From: Camelus ferus
Lineage: Eukaryota
Assembly (NCBI RefSeq): GCF_009834535.1
Contig: NC_045707.1
Span: 48,672,001-48,736,000, forward strand
Length of the DNA stretch: 64,000 bases
Reading direction: 5' to 3'
Made by a program: the position numbers and the translations under genes. This document shows positions 51,570 to 64,000 of this stretch, in pieces. The notes beneath the pieces were generated by a model. That model ran no database searches, had not been told where the DNA came from, and was given only the letters and a program-made list of their open reading frames with translations. How positions within the stretch are numbered: the stretch's first letter is position 1; the number at the start of each line of letters is the position of its first letter.

Positions 51570-51760
51570 TGTTTAGACTTGAGATTATTCCAAAAGGAAT
51601 TTAGAAAAATATTTAAAATCGGTAAATTTCATATAAAAACCCAGATATTCACCCATGATATTCTAAAATGGCTCCAGACTGTTGAAGGTGAATATAGTGA
51701 CCCTCTTAAAAAGTTGTGTGCCTTTTCAGATGGACACCGTCTCTGCCACTAACTCAACAT
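51570..51760. mobile_element. MER102-like hAT fragment
   Basis: tttaaaatcggtaaatttcatataaaaacccagat resembles MER102 as recalled. Confidence 0.35.
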
Positions 51761-52039
51761 AGGCAAGTGCATATAAATCAGCAGTCTTCAAGGAAGAGGA
51801 GGGTCCTTCTGGGTCCCTTTCCTTCCTGTCTAGAAGTTGGCATTTTCTTTTATCACTCACCTCATGTACAGATATTTGTTCAGTTTTGAGGCTGGGATAA
51901 AACAAGCACAAGACGGAGTTCCATCCCTCGTGAAGCTTTCATTCTAGTGGATGGAGCTTGATGGGCTCCTCTGTTACATTCCATTACAAAGGTTATATGC
52001 AATCATTTTGAAACATATTTATTCATTTAATATATTATG

Positions 52040-52290
52040 GTGTTTGGGTGTCTGTTAATGAATTACGATGTTCCAGGTGCTGTGGCAAGCATATTGCATA
52101 TCTTATCTAAAAATGGAAGTCTCACAGTAACTCTTTGAGGGAGGGGTGATTATGAGCCTTTTGTTAAACATGATTTTACCTACAAATCTCAGAGGGAAAC
52201 TGGCCCATAGTTTATAAGCTATAAAGTAGTCAAGCTCTGATTTGTATATAGGTCTAGCACAGAAGACCATTGTTCTTGTAGCAACTTATA
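52040..52290 (-). mobile_element. MIR SINE
   Basis: gttccaggtgctgtggcaagc..tctcacagtaactctttgaggga..ctcagagggaaactggccc. Confidence 0.55.
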
Positions 52291-54344
52291 TGCTGCTAAG
52301 AGCAACTAGCTTGTTTCAACATTTTGCCTGGAAACCGTCTCGCCCAGATCTGTGTTAACTGGGTCTATTTACTATTGTCAGTTATAGCAGTACGTTTCTA
52401 CTGTGAGTGGGTGACATAGGCTGCCATTTTTTTCAGTCTCCTATACTAGTTTTCTTTCCATTTTGAGAGTTTTTAAAAATCTTTTTCTTGTCTCCCACTA
52501 CTCAGCTCAGTATTTTAGGTTTTTGTCACAGTAGCAGTTAATTCTAGGAACTGCCTCCCCCTAGTGAAGAGTTAACCTAGGGAATATATGCTTAAACACA
52601 GAACCTTCCCCCTATTAGCCATGTAAAACCAATGGACGTGTATTTGTGTTGATGAGAAGAGAGTAGGGAAGTAGATATGTGGTCAGATCAAATAATCTGA
52701 GTGGTTAAGGACCATTACCCTATTGATAATGTTAGCCTTATCACATAGAATATGTAGCCGTCAAGAGACTCTGCTTTCTCGTCATGTGAGAATGAGGACT
52801 TAAAGAAATTAATTTCTAAAATGATAAAGTTAATTCAGTGTCTAGCAGAGCTGTTTTATAACTACTGCAATTTCTTTTGTTTATAAATAGAAATTATCAT
52901 ACAACAAATGAATTACCTTCTGCAAGCTAATGGCTAATGTTCTTTCTCTTAAGAATAAAAAAATGACTTTTGAATTCTAATCTTAATCCACAGTATACAT
53001 CAAGGAACTTTGCATGTTTAAAAAAAAGGCAGCTGAGTAATATGTACTGTTATCTTCAGGGTGTAATTTAATTGCAAGTAAAAACATGCAGTAATGCATC
53101 CCTCCAAATATATAAATTATGTGCCTTCATGTCATAGCTCCAAACTCCACACAAGCATTATGGGCAAATAAGTTTCTTTTAGAGAACAACCAAGTTTGAT
53201 CAATAATTACTTACAAAATAAAGCAATGAGGGAAAAAAAGACAATCAATTGGTAAGAAATTTAGAAATCTCGAGTTAGCAGTTTAAATAACATGTATTAT
53301 GCTCAAGACAGTAAGACAGTACTAAAAAATATTTTAACCCATCAATTTTTATATTCTCTCACTAAAAACTTGTAAAGTTTCAAAATAGGAATTATACATA
53401 TGCATGAAAAAGTATATTTCCTTTATGGTTTCATATGTAAAAATTTAAGTCCATCATGGGGACAAAGTGTACAGCAGGACCACTTGGCTCTATATTTTAC
53501 ATTCACAGCTTTTCACATTTTGACTTTCAATACTATTTCCAAATAGAGATATAGTCATAGATGTGTACTGTCATAGAGATACACTGATGGAGTTTAAAGG
53601 AAACCATGATCATATTTCTTTAAAAACACAACTGATTACAAATCTTATCTTTACATTCCTTAATTTTTAAAAGTTAGCCTATAAAATGAAAGGGATATTG
53701 GTCTCTATCAAACTTTTAGAGACTCTGGTAACATGGCTCTTATTTGGTGGAAGATCATTTTTTTTTCAGGATAGATATTTGTAAGATTTGTAGCCATTTT
53801 TAAATTGATTAGTATCATAGTCCTAAATATCTATTCATTTATTCATTCATGCCACAGATATTTATTTAGCATCTATAGAGTGCCCACAGTGCTAGATACT
53901 AAAAATGATGGTGCACTATCATTATTATCAAGAAATATACTAACTGCACTATCTTGTAAGAGGAGAGAGACATATAAACAAACAAGAACAATTAAATGTT
54001 TGTTTGAGAAAAGTCTGTCCTATGCGTGTGATGATGTGAATGACAAAAATGGATTAATAACTACTTCTAAGGATTAGAAAAGTGGCAAAGATCAATTTAG
54101 ACTTTCTAAGAAGTTATATTTTAAATAAATATTGAAACAAGTAAATTTCATTAATTGATGGAAGGGGAAACAGAATAAGCAATGAGCTAGATGGTATGAA
54201 AGAGTGTGATGCATTTGGGCTCTCCAGGTAGTTCACTGTGGTTGGTGTTCATGTAGGGCATGGAAGGACACAGTAAGAGATGAGGCTGGAGACCTCAACA
54301 AGAACCTGCCATGAATCTCGTACTCCAGGTAGTGTGGTTAATTT

Positions 54345-54557
54345 CTGTATTATCCAGTAAGATAACCACTAGCCACATGAGGCTATTTACATTTAATTTT
54401 AATTAATTACAATTAAACAGAGTTAAAAATTAAATTTCAAAGTCACTTTAGCCATATTTCAAGTGCTAAATAACCACTGCATCTTGTGGCTACAATTTGG
54501 GACAGTACAGATATCAATCATTTCTGTCATTGCAGAAAGTTCTGTTGGATAGCACTG
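54345..54557 (-). mobile_element. MER3 (hAT-Charlie MITE)
   Basis: ccactagccacatgaggctattt..tagccatatttcaagtgct..tcattgcagaaagttctgttggatagcactg. Confidence 0.9.
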
Positions 54558-54602
54558 AATCATTGAGAATAGGAATCTCAAATTTCAATGCCCATAGATG
54601 TA

Positions 54603-54662
54603 TGTGTGTGTGTGTGTATACATATATATATATATATATATTTGGAGAGAAAGAGAGAGAGA
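54603..54662. repeat. Compound (TG)n(TA)n(GA)n microsatellite
   Basis: tgtgtgtgtgtgtgtatacatatatatatatatatatttggagagaaagagagagaga. Confidence 0.9.
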
Positions 54663-55213
54663 ACAGTTTTCAACTAAGTAAAAAATACATGATCCAACAT
54701 CGCTAGGTCTTTCAATTGTTTCAGAAATTAAATAAATTAAAATGATTGAACTGAAGGTTATGTCTAAAGTTTAGCCTCTTATTCATAATCTTTTTTTAAG
54801 TTTTGAAGAATTTTAAGCAACAAATATTATAATCATATTCTTAAGTTACATTAATCACTTTGGTGGCTTTTTGGATAATAGATTAGAAGAAGGCAATATT
54901 GGAGACAAATTATAAAAATAGTTTATATCGATGCCATATTGAGAGAAAAATCTCGATCAGGGGAGCATCAGTGGAGATAAAGAAGAGATGATGGATAGTA
55001 TCACAGGAGGAATCCTTAGACTGTTGATTAGTTGGGGAGAAGGTTTTGTCATTTCCTGAGGTAGAAAATACACAAGGAAACCTTATGTTGGTGAATAATG
55101 ATAAATTCAGTTCTCAACATGCTGAAACTGAGGTGCCAATGGGACATCCCATAAGGAATGTTCAGTAGAAACAGAAATAAAAATTATAGAGTATAGGTTA
55201 ATTGTCTCTAGTG

Positions 55214-55430
55214 TAGGGTTTGCTAAACCAGGATGCATGGCTCAAATCCATCCCACTTCCTATTTTTGTAAATAAAGTTTTATCAGCACACAGTCATGCC
55301 TATTCATTTACGTATGTCTATGGCTGCTTTTGCTCTATAATGCTGAATAGTTACAGCAAGGATTTATGGCCCACAGACCAACAGTATCTAATAACTGTCC
55401 CTTGACCTAGAAAAAGTTTGCTGACTTCTG
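55214..55430 (+). mobile_element. MER58A (hAT-Charlie MITE)
   Basis: tttttgtaaataaagttttatcagcacacagtcatgcc..tatgtctatggctgctttt..agaaaaagtttgctgacttctg. Confidence 0.85.
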
Positions 55431-56359
55431 CTCAAGAGCAGAACTCTATAAGAAACACACATTCCTCAACCAAATGTATGAATGAATTCATTCTTTTTTG
55501 ATCAATTAGAAAATATTATTTATTAAGAACTACCTATATGCCAGGCTTTAGACTAACAAATGATATATGGAAATTCTTCAGTAAAAGTAACAATGTAGCA
55601 TTTTAAAAGCATGCAGATATAATTGTGATAAGAAAAAGGACTTAATATTAGAGACATTTTATTTCCTTCTCAAGGTATTGCAAAGAAGAATATCTTACCA
55701 GGGCAAATATGTGAATTCTGCCAGTTTTGACAGTCTTCAAACCATTTTGTTTAGGTTCCTGTAAATTTTCTACTGGGATGTTAGGTGATATTGGTTTCTC
55801 TGTCATTTCTTCCAGAGTATTTCAACATTAACACACAACTCCAGAAACATGAAACATGAAAGCCTTCCAGACTGACATCTATGAAACCCCAAAAGAACTT
55901 CCAGCCTAAGCAGATCACTAGTGAGATGATCTGAAGAAACTTCTCAGCAAACCTATAACTCCAGTAAAGTAAGTGACCATTCATTCAGTCAGTCATTCAC
56001 ATACCCAATTATTTAACAAATATTTTGAGGTACCTATTATTTACCAAATACTATTTTGGCCTTGAAGATAAAAAAGTGAACAAAATAATAATTTTAGGAT
56101 GCAATACAGACATTGACCTAGTTGAAAAAATTATGTCTCGTGGAGTTCTGAGGGAATATAATGGCAAAGTTTAAATAACTGGATGGTAAACTGAACAAAT
56201 GTATTAACCTCTACTTCTTCACTAAATCCCATACAAATGTTGATAATAAAAAGAGCATTAAAATACATCAAGAAGGACAATGAAAAGAAGTAAGACCATA
56301 GCAGCAGAATTTCAGAAGCTAGAAAGAAAGATAAAATTCACTGACATAAAAGAGCTAAG

Positions 56360-59300
56360 ACATTTCTAGTTTCAGCAACAACATGTGAAGAGCTTGGAAG
56401 TACCTCCCATGACAATTAAAACAGAACAAAGCAAAAAATGAATATCAGTGACCTTTCTTGGACTCATCAGAAAATGGAGGTTTCACAGCAAAACACTATA
56501 CTGGTTAGGCAGGTGAATTCAGAGACTCATAGCTGGAATCTTCTTAACTGGAGCAGAGGCTGCTGTAGCCATAAACTGGTAGAAACACTTACATGGTGAT
56601 TGTGACCGACCAGTTGCTGAAGGAAGAATGTAGTTTAGCGTGAAAATGAGAAACTCTTGGGTTCTGCAGTCTTAGGGAAATCCCAGACTTTCATGGGTTT
56701 TCCACTAGAAACTCTACCAGGTTTCAAGTTGAAGGCCCAAGGAAGATCCCCTCATGGTTCTGGGATGGGGAGAAGATGAGTAATCATTGTATAATTTATC
56801 TAGAGTGCTCTCTGTAATGAAGGTCTACTCTCCAGGGGAAAAGACTTTACTAGAGCCTTATCCCAGCTGAGGGCAAGGGTTTCCTACCACTCCAGCTCCT
56901 CTAAATGTCCTGTTTTACCAAAGCAGAGGGAGGGGGAAGTTATACTAGGAGAGAAATAGTTGTGAAGGTCACAGTCCATACTTAACAGGCTCACTAAGAG
57001 ACTAAGATTTAATCATAATATTATAGAATGCTCCTCCTTCCCCATTCCTTATCGTCATACAGTAACACTAGTATAGTTAACAGCGAATTACAACTGGAAG
57101 AGCTACAGGGTACAGACTCTTTCTGAGGAAGAGGACTTAGGGAAGCCAAAAGCCAAGTGCAAAGACAGACCAAGGATACTAGAGGAATTTGAAACTTTTG
57201 TTACCTAAAGCCACAGCAGATATACATACAATTCAGTTCCTACACAAATCAACACAGACCCTCACATTAAAGGTCTGTTTACCTCAGTTCCCATTACCTG
57301 ATACAACATGCCTGGCTTTCAACAAAAAATTACAAGGCATGCCAAAAGGTAAGGAAAAATAGTCTAAAGAGGCAAAGTAAGCCTTGGAAACAGACTCAGA
57401 TGTGACAGTGTTGGAATTATCATAGGGGATTTTTTTTTATCACCGACTAAACATTATGAGCTCTAATGGAAAAAGTAGATAACACGCAAGAACACATGGG
57501 TAAAGTAAGCAGAGAGATGGAAACCCTGAGGAAGAATCCAAAAGAAATGCTAGAAATCCCAAACCCTATAACAGACATGAAGAATGCCTGTGATAGGTTC
57601 GTCAGTGGACTAGATAGGTCTGAGGAAGGATTCAGTGAGTTGAAAGTAGGTCAATAGAAACTTTCCAAAATGAAATTCAAAGAGAAAAAGGAATAGAAAA
57701 ACAAACAAACAAACAAAAAACTTCCCAAACCTCAGAACATCCAAACACTGTAGAACAATGTCAAAAGGTATAACATACACATAACTGGAATACCAGAAGA
57801 AGAAAGAAATATTTGAAGTAATAATGGCAGAGATGCTTCCAAAATTTATGATAGACAACCACAGATCCAGAAAAGTTGGAGAACAGTAAGGAGGATAAAT
57901 ACCAAAAATACTCTCTCTCCAAAATAAAGAGAGAGGGAGGCAGAAAAAAAATCTTAAAAGAATCCAGAGGGGGAAAAATACACCTTACTTAAGGAAGGAA
58001 CAAAGACACAATGGACTTCTCAACAGGAATTATGCAAGGAAGAAGGTAGGCTAAATCTTTAAAGTGTTGAAAGGGGAAAAAAAAAAACACCACCAGCCAA
58101 GAATTCTATATACAGAAGGATTACTTTCCAAAGTGAAAGAGAAATAAAATCTTTCTAAGACAAACAAAAGCTGAAGAAATTCATTACCAGCATACTTGCA
58201 AAAAAAGTCAAAGGATTTCTTTAACCAGAAGGAAGATAAGTCACAAACTTGAATTTACCTAAAGTTTCATAGGAAAAAAAACATTTTATTTTTCTTATTC
58301 TTATTTGCTATGAAAGATAACTTTGTTTAAAGTAATAATAGTAACAATGTTCTGTGTGATCATAGTATATGGATAAATAATGAATGACAGCAATGTCGCA
58401 GGGAGAGGAAGGAAGGACTGGAAACATCTAAGGTACCTGCACTACAAGTGAAGCAGGATGGCATCATTTGAGCAACAATCAGATTAGTTAAAAATGTATT
58501 TTGGAAAATGTAAGACAACCACTACATTTTAAAAAATGAATTTATGTGCTAAGACATGAGGTAAAAAGGAATCATATAAGACACTCATTTAGAAGCCAGA
58601 CAAGGCAGAAGAGGCGGGGGAGGGGGGTGGAGAACAGATTCAACAAGTAGACCAAAGTTACAAACATGTTAGATATTAATCCAACTATATCAAGAACAAC
58701 TCTCAGTGTGAGTGGTGAAAGCATCCATTAAAATTTGGAGATTGTCATTGTGGATAAAAAAGCAAGACTCAATGTATGTTGTCTGATAGAAACCAAGTTT
58801 AAAAATGAAATCTCAGATTGGTTAAAAAGGATGGAGCAATAGACATTTATTCTAACAATTATCCAAAGAAAACTAAAGTAGTTGTATTAATTTTAAACAA
58901 AGCATATTTCAGAACAAGGAAAATTATCATGGACAAACAGACATTACCTAATGATAAAAGAGTCCATTTTAATTTCTCTTAAAAGTTTACTTAACAATAT
59001 ACAGTGTCAAAAAAGGAGGCTAAAACTGACGGGAGAAATAGACAAATTCACCACTATAGCTGAAGCCTTCAACACCACTCTTTTAGTAACTGATAGATCA
59101 TCAATCAGAAAATCAGGGTATATTTAACCTGAATATTATTATTAATCAACTTGAGCTAATTTATGTTTATGGAATATTCCAGCCAACAGTAGCAGGGTTC
59201 ACATCCTTCTCAAGCTCACATAAGCATTCACCAAGGTTGACCACACTCTGGGACATAAAATATACCATAACAAATTTAATAGGATAGAAAACACACCAAG

Positions 59301-59610
59301 TATGCTCTCAGACCTATGGAATTGTTAATACAAATCAAACAGAAAGACAGCCGGCAAATCTCCAAATATTTGAGATAAGACAACACTTCTAAGTAACTTT
59401 TGGATTAAAGAAGACAAATGTTTGAATCAACAGAAATTATAAAAAATACTTGAGTGAATGAAAATGTAAAGACAACTTATCAAAATTTGTAGAATGCAGG
59501 AAAAAGCAAGGGTAAAAAGAAATTTATAGCATTAAGTGCATGCATTAAAAAAGAAGAAAGATCTAAAATCAGTAGCCTCAACTTTATCTTAGGAAACTAG
59601 GTAAAATTTT
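56360..59610 (+). mobile_element. Old LINE-1 5' half (L1MD-like 5' UTR, ORF1, inter-ORF, ORF2 endonuclease)
   Basis: ORF 57466-57657 MEKVDNTQEHMGKVSREMETLRKNPKEMLEI is an ORF1 coiled coil; ccaagaattctata marks the ORF1 C-terminus; ttcaacaccactct, ttcttctcaag-like and caacttatcaaaatttgtagaatgca belong to the endonuclease region. Confidence 0.9.
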
Positions 59611-59724
59611 TAAAAAATATTTTTAAATCTTTTGAAGAGCCAAATTTAAAAAACAGACATGATACATCTAATTTGTATATTTTCTTATTTTAGAGTTGTA
59701 AATACGAGAACTTGAAGTAAAGTG

Positions 59725-60081
59725 TGCTATAGATGCAATGTTTGCAGTGCCTCACAATTCACATGTTGAAGTCTAATCCCCAGTATTAGCAGGTGGGGTC
59801 TGTGGGAGGTGATTAGGTCATGAGGGTGAAGCCCTCATGAATGGGATTTGTGCTCTTATAAAAGAGGTCCCAGTGAAGGCCCCTTGCACCTTCTGCCATG
59901 TCAGTTATAGCAAAAAGACAACCATCTATGAATCAGGAAGTGTGCTGTCTCCAAATTACGAGCTCTGTGGAGCCTTAATTTTGGACTTCACAGCTGCCAG
60001 AACCTGAGGAATCAGTATCTGTGGTTTCTAGGCCATCCAGTCTCTGAAATTTTGTTACAGCAAGCTTCACAGACTAAGACA
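59725..60081 (+). mobile_element. MLT1A0-like solo LTR
   Basis: tgctatagatgcaatgttt..gggaggtgattaggtcatgagggtgaagccctcatgaatgggatt..ttttgttacagc..agactaagaca. Confidence 0.9.
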
Positions 60082-60365
60082 CTGTGTTTTCTTTGTAAAT
60101 ATTATATGAAATGACTGCTAAGAACTGTTAGCTTTGTCCGGACTTTTTTCTCACTGAAGGGATGATGTGAACAGAAGTCATCAGTCTTATTCTAGTTGCA
60201 GAGGAGGTTTGGGGAAGAATCAGCCATTTCTTCCCTCAACCCTGAAGTGGTTACATGTTCGAAAACCCCTGGGTTAGCGTATAAGTCATCACACCTTGTA
60301 ACAGAATGCTGTCATATATAAATAGTCAAATGTAAGTTTATTAGCTAAATTCATAATTTTATATA

Positions 60366-60557
60366 CAGTTGTCCCTTGAACAATACAGGTTTGAACTTTG
60401 CAGGTCCAGTTATACACAGATTTTTTTCAATAAACATGTACTACGGTACCACACTATCTGTGGTTCATTGAATCCACAGATGCAGAGGAACATCACATAC
60501 AGAAGAACCAGGTATATGGAGGGCCCACAAACTTCAGCACCGTTCAAGGATCAAATG
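60366..60557 (+). mobile_element. MER8-like (Tigger2-derived) MITE
   Basis: TA + cagttgtcccttgaacaa ... gttcaaggatcaaatg terminal inverted repeats; ttgaatccacagatgcag internally. Confidence 0.85.
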
Positions 60558-60833
60558 CATTATTAATCTGTTGTAATTTGCTTATTTATGGACTAGTGTC
60601 AAATGTCCAGTTTTTTCATTTCAATAATTAACAATATTTGAGCGACTATATACCTATTGTGCCAGATTACAGGAATGAAAACTTGAAAAGTCGTGGCCCT
60701 TACCTTCAACCAACTCATAGTTCAATGAGATGAACAATGACAAAGACATTTTCAAAATAATGGAAAATACTGTGAACTTGCTTCATATAAAAATTTAGTT
60801 TGTGTTTTCCTATATTATCAGACAGGGAGCTCT

Positions 60834-61254
60834 TGTGGTAGATGTTGTGGGTCATTCCTCAGATCTCCTCTTCAGTATTCAGTATTCACTTATTTCTCTA
60901 GCTGCCAGAATTTTTGTCAACTGATAGTTCACAGTGTGGTCCCTTTAATGAAGGGAGCTGCCTGGCACAAGGTTAAGTCCCTTCCTGGAGACAACTCACA
61001 CTCTGTCTGGCTGTTGTTGGGTACAGAAGTTGCCTGCTGAATTCGAGTCAAGTCTAGTCTTCTCAGTTCCAGAACTTTCCACCAGATCCACTAAGCTTGC
61101 AGTTGTGACTGCAACACAGTTCAACTTCTCCTTCTGTTTAATTCTTCTTCCCTCTCTGCCTTACAAGGGTTGTTTCTGAGAGCTTTTCCCAGGATTCCTC
61201 CTTCAAGAAAGCTTTGTCTCAGGATCTACTTTCTGATGAACCTGACCTAAGGCA
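60834..61254 (+). mobile_element. LTR16-family ERV-L solo LTR
   Basis: tgtggtagatgttgtgg..cagatctcc..gactgcaacacagttcaacttctcc..tctcaggatctactttc..gaacctgacctaaggca; TSD gctct/tctct. Confidence 0.8.
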
Positions 61255-62779
61255 TCTCTGATTATATGTACATGTAAGAGTCTTAACTGTCAAAGAAAAT
61301 ATTGAGAGCCAAGTCTGGAAATAATAAGTGAATCCATAGGGAAGATCTAATACCAGATTTATAGGGCATTGGAAGATCAATGAGACGTGGTGTAGATGCT
61401 GTTGTGCCAAGTAACTTCATCCAGTAAGAGCACCCTGAGTAACCAGCCCAGGATCCATATAGAGTAGATTTAATACAAAGAAGATAAGATTAGTGTAGCC
61501 TTTAGATTGCTATTATTTGAAATCTCTGTAACATTTGGGAAAGAGGTTTGAATGGAGAACTAGGGATTTATTCCTGACTTGATCCCAACAAACTAAAGTA
61601 GTCTCAGGTAGGAAGCCCTCAAATGTCTATATGCCTGTAATCTGTTACAGGTTAATCATCACTAGCCTGGTCAAATATAAATCTTAGAATTTGGTTTTAA
61701 GGCCATTGGGTTAAGGATTATGAAATATTTTCCAAAAAGTAAAACCTCTATCAATGATAGTAGACAGTGCAATTTTAAGGGGTCCATTGAAAAACAATTT
61801 TGTTATAATAATTATTTATTTAAACATATAACAGAAAATATAACTACCATATAGTGATGTGGCTTTTAGGGCTTTATTTAAAATAACAGTCATTAAGTAA
61901 ATAATTGATCATCAAGTAAAATTCTTAATCATTAAGTAAAAGAAGTTGATAAAAAGTGATGATGTTGGTAATCAACTTACTGAATTTTGAGGATCACTGA
62001 GTTGTGAGGGAAATGACAGTTGTAATGGGAAGGATGCAGTGTGAAAAAACTTGAGATACAGAAACGGAAGTAAAGAGACACATAAGGAAGTTCAGACAGG
62101 TGAGATTTTGCAGTTCTATGTGCGAGTACCTGGGGAATCATTTGTGGGGCTTTAGAGAGTAAATGCGGATGGGAAGTCTGGACTCTGGAACATGGTAGGG
62201 AGAGCTGGAAGGACTGAGATCTCCAAAATTACCAGTCTGAAAGGAGGAACTTGGATTCAATCCTGTGCCAATCTAAGAGGTCTTTGGCAGTGAGGACAGA
62301 TTCTTCTAGGTATTTAAGGTAACACGGAAGGATTGAATGCTGCCTGCCCTAAAGTTGGGTAACCTCAGATCCTGGAGGGCTAATATTCAACATCTGCTTA
62401 TTTTGGTCCACCAGGTGCCATGTCTGTTTTAAGCACAAAAAATAAAGCAGGCAAATATCCCTGCTTTGATGAAACTTTCATTCTGGTACCCACATCTAGC
62501 ATACCTCAGTATAAATTAAATTTGGAGGGAAATGAATTATGATTCTTAAGTTGTAAGTGAAAATCACTTCTCCCCAGGTAACTTTTGTCTGGTACTGATT
62601 ATTTTTTTTTTCTAAAAATCTTTACACAGTGCTTCAATTATTTCTGCTGTTTGGAATTAAACATTTAAATGGTTTATTTTTAATTTTAACATATTCAACA
62701 TTTTAAAAGAAATATTAAAAGCACTTTACAGAAATAGCTGCTATTCTTTCAGGAAGATAGTCTTTAGTACTTTCATAAA

Positions 62780-63020
62780 AACAGCTAGCTGGCGCAGAGA
62801 ATGTCTGTAGTAAGACCAAGATTAAGGGTTTTATTTGACTGTGCCATGTGCTAGTTTAAGTGTGCTTCACAGTCTCAAAACATACTTTTATGTTCTTTAT
62901 TTCACAGAACTGCTGTGACAAGACACAGACACTTTACTAAAGCTTGGTTACCAGTACTGAGCAGAGAACTGAAAATACATGCCTACTAGTAAGAAGTCCG
63001 TACTATCATTCCACATGCAT
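62780..63020 (+). mobile_element. MamSINE1-like ancient SINE
   Basis: tRNA-like head (agctggcgcagagaatg..taagaccaagattaagggttt) and body accagtactgagcagagaactgaaaatacatgcctactagt. Confidence 0.45.
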
Positions 63021-63389
63021 TAGCTGGCCTGCAAATTCTATTTTCAAAGTTTATAAACAAACATTTGGTGATAAGAAAGCTTCCTTGGTGAATTACTTTC
63101 TACAGAAAATCAATATATTTTAATTGTCATGTTTTTGTTTGGTACTGATTTTAATAAAGAACATTAGGTGTCTTCAAGTTACAACTTTGACATAATCATA
63201 GCAAGTTCCCAGGCCCATCTCCCAGGGTTGTCTTCCTAGAAGAAACCCTCCCCTTGAGGCAGCGTGGTTCTAGCTCTTTCATGGCCCCTGATAGTTTCTT
63301 CCTATTCCACTTTTCCTCCATTTAAATACATTTTTTTAAAAAGCGAAAAAAATAAAACCCTTATTTTTTCCATAAATTAAAAACTTATT

Positions 63390-63685
63390 GCACAATTCCA
63401 CTTTACATGCGGTACCTAGGATAGGCAAATCCACAGAGACAGTAGAATAGAGGTTGCCAGGGACTGAGGGAGAGGGAAATGTGGAGTTACTGTTTCATGG
63501 ATAGTTTCTGTTTGGGATGATGAAAAAGTTCTGGAAATAGATAGTAGTGATGCTTGTACAACACTGTAAATGCACTTTATTGAATACTTAAAATGTAAAA
63601 TGATAAAATTTATATGACGTATTTTTTTACCACTACAAAAGTAATACCAAAAAAACCAAAAACAAACAAACAAACAAACAAAAAG
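63390..63685 (+). mobile_element. L1MB-type LINE-1 3' end with A/(CAAA)n tail
   Basis: ggtacctaggataggcaaatccacagagacag..gtttctgtttgggatgatgaaaaagttctggaaatagatag..ttttaccac. Confidence 0.9.
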
Positions 63686-64000
63686 CCCTTGACACCACCA
63701 GATTTGCAATGGTATCGTAGGGTACTTGTTAATGTAATGTTGGTGTCATTACGTTTTAACTGCCAGCTGGCAACCATCAAGGTTTGCAACTACATGGATT
63801 TAAAAACAAACAAACAAAATCTTCACAGCATTTCCTGTCATCTTTCAGCCGCTTTCACTATGTGGTTTTACTCTTCTGAGACAGGCGCGTATGTTCTTAT
63901 CATTCAGAAGGTAACAAATATTTAAAAGAGCTATTTTGATAGTACCAACTTGTATGGTTCTTGGCTTGTGGGAAGAACTACTCTGTTTCTAGTTGGATTT

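Larger units (their letters stand above)
53825..55200 (-). mobile_element. LINE-2 fragments interrupted by MER3 and a microsatellite
   Basis: attcatttattcattcatg..tatttatttagcatct; gagatgaggctggaga; aaattcagttctcaacatgctgaaactgaggtgccaatgggacatcc. Confidence 0.65.

Noticed and set aside
1..64000. Prokaryotic-type systems (CRISPR array, operons, defence islands)
   Set aside because: The sequence is mammalian and repeat-rich, with no regularly spaced repeats or gene-dense segments.

Overview
AT-rich mammalian (eutherian) genomic DNA, intronic or intergenic. I found no protein-coding exon, intact RNA gene or CpG island that I can support. The ORF-track entries are chance ORFs or broken LINE-1, ERV-L and transposase frames. 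Much of the window is old interspersed repeat: L2, MIR, L3/CR1, L1M*, MLT1, LTR16/LTR33, ERV-L internal sequence and MER DNA transposons. A short L1 3' end at ~33.6 kb and the absence of recognisable primate, rodent, ruminant, pig, horse or carnivore SINEs suggest a camelid (inference). Two things stand out. (1) A near full-length but badly decayed hAT transposase on the minus strand (~25.55-27.71 kb), colinear with the domesticated transposase KIAA1586 and split by an L1ME fragment. (2) A 5'-half of tRNA-Trp(CCA), ending at the anticodon, retroposed without a tail and with a target-site duplication into an L1 ORF2 at 15.08 kb. There are also perfect DR5 and DR2 nuclear-receptor elements and several enhancer-like unique islands. 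All family names come from remembered consensus sequences, not database searches, and most repeat boundaries are approximate.
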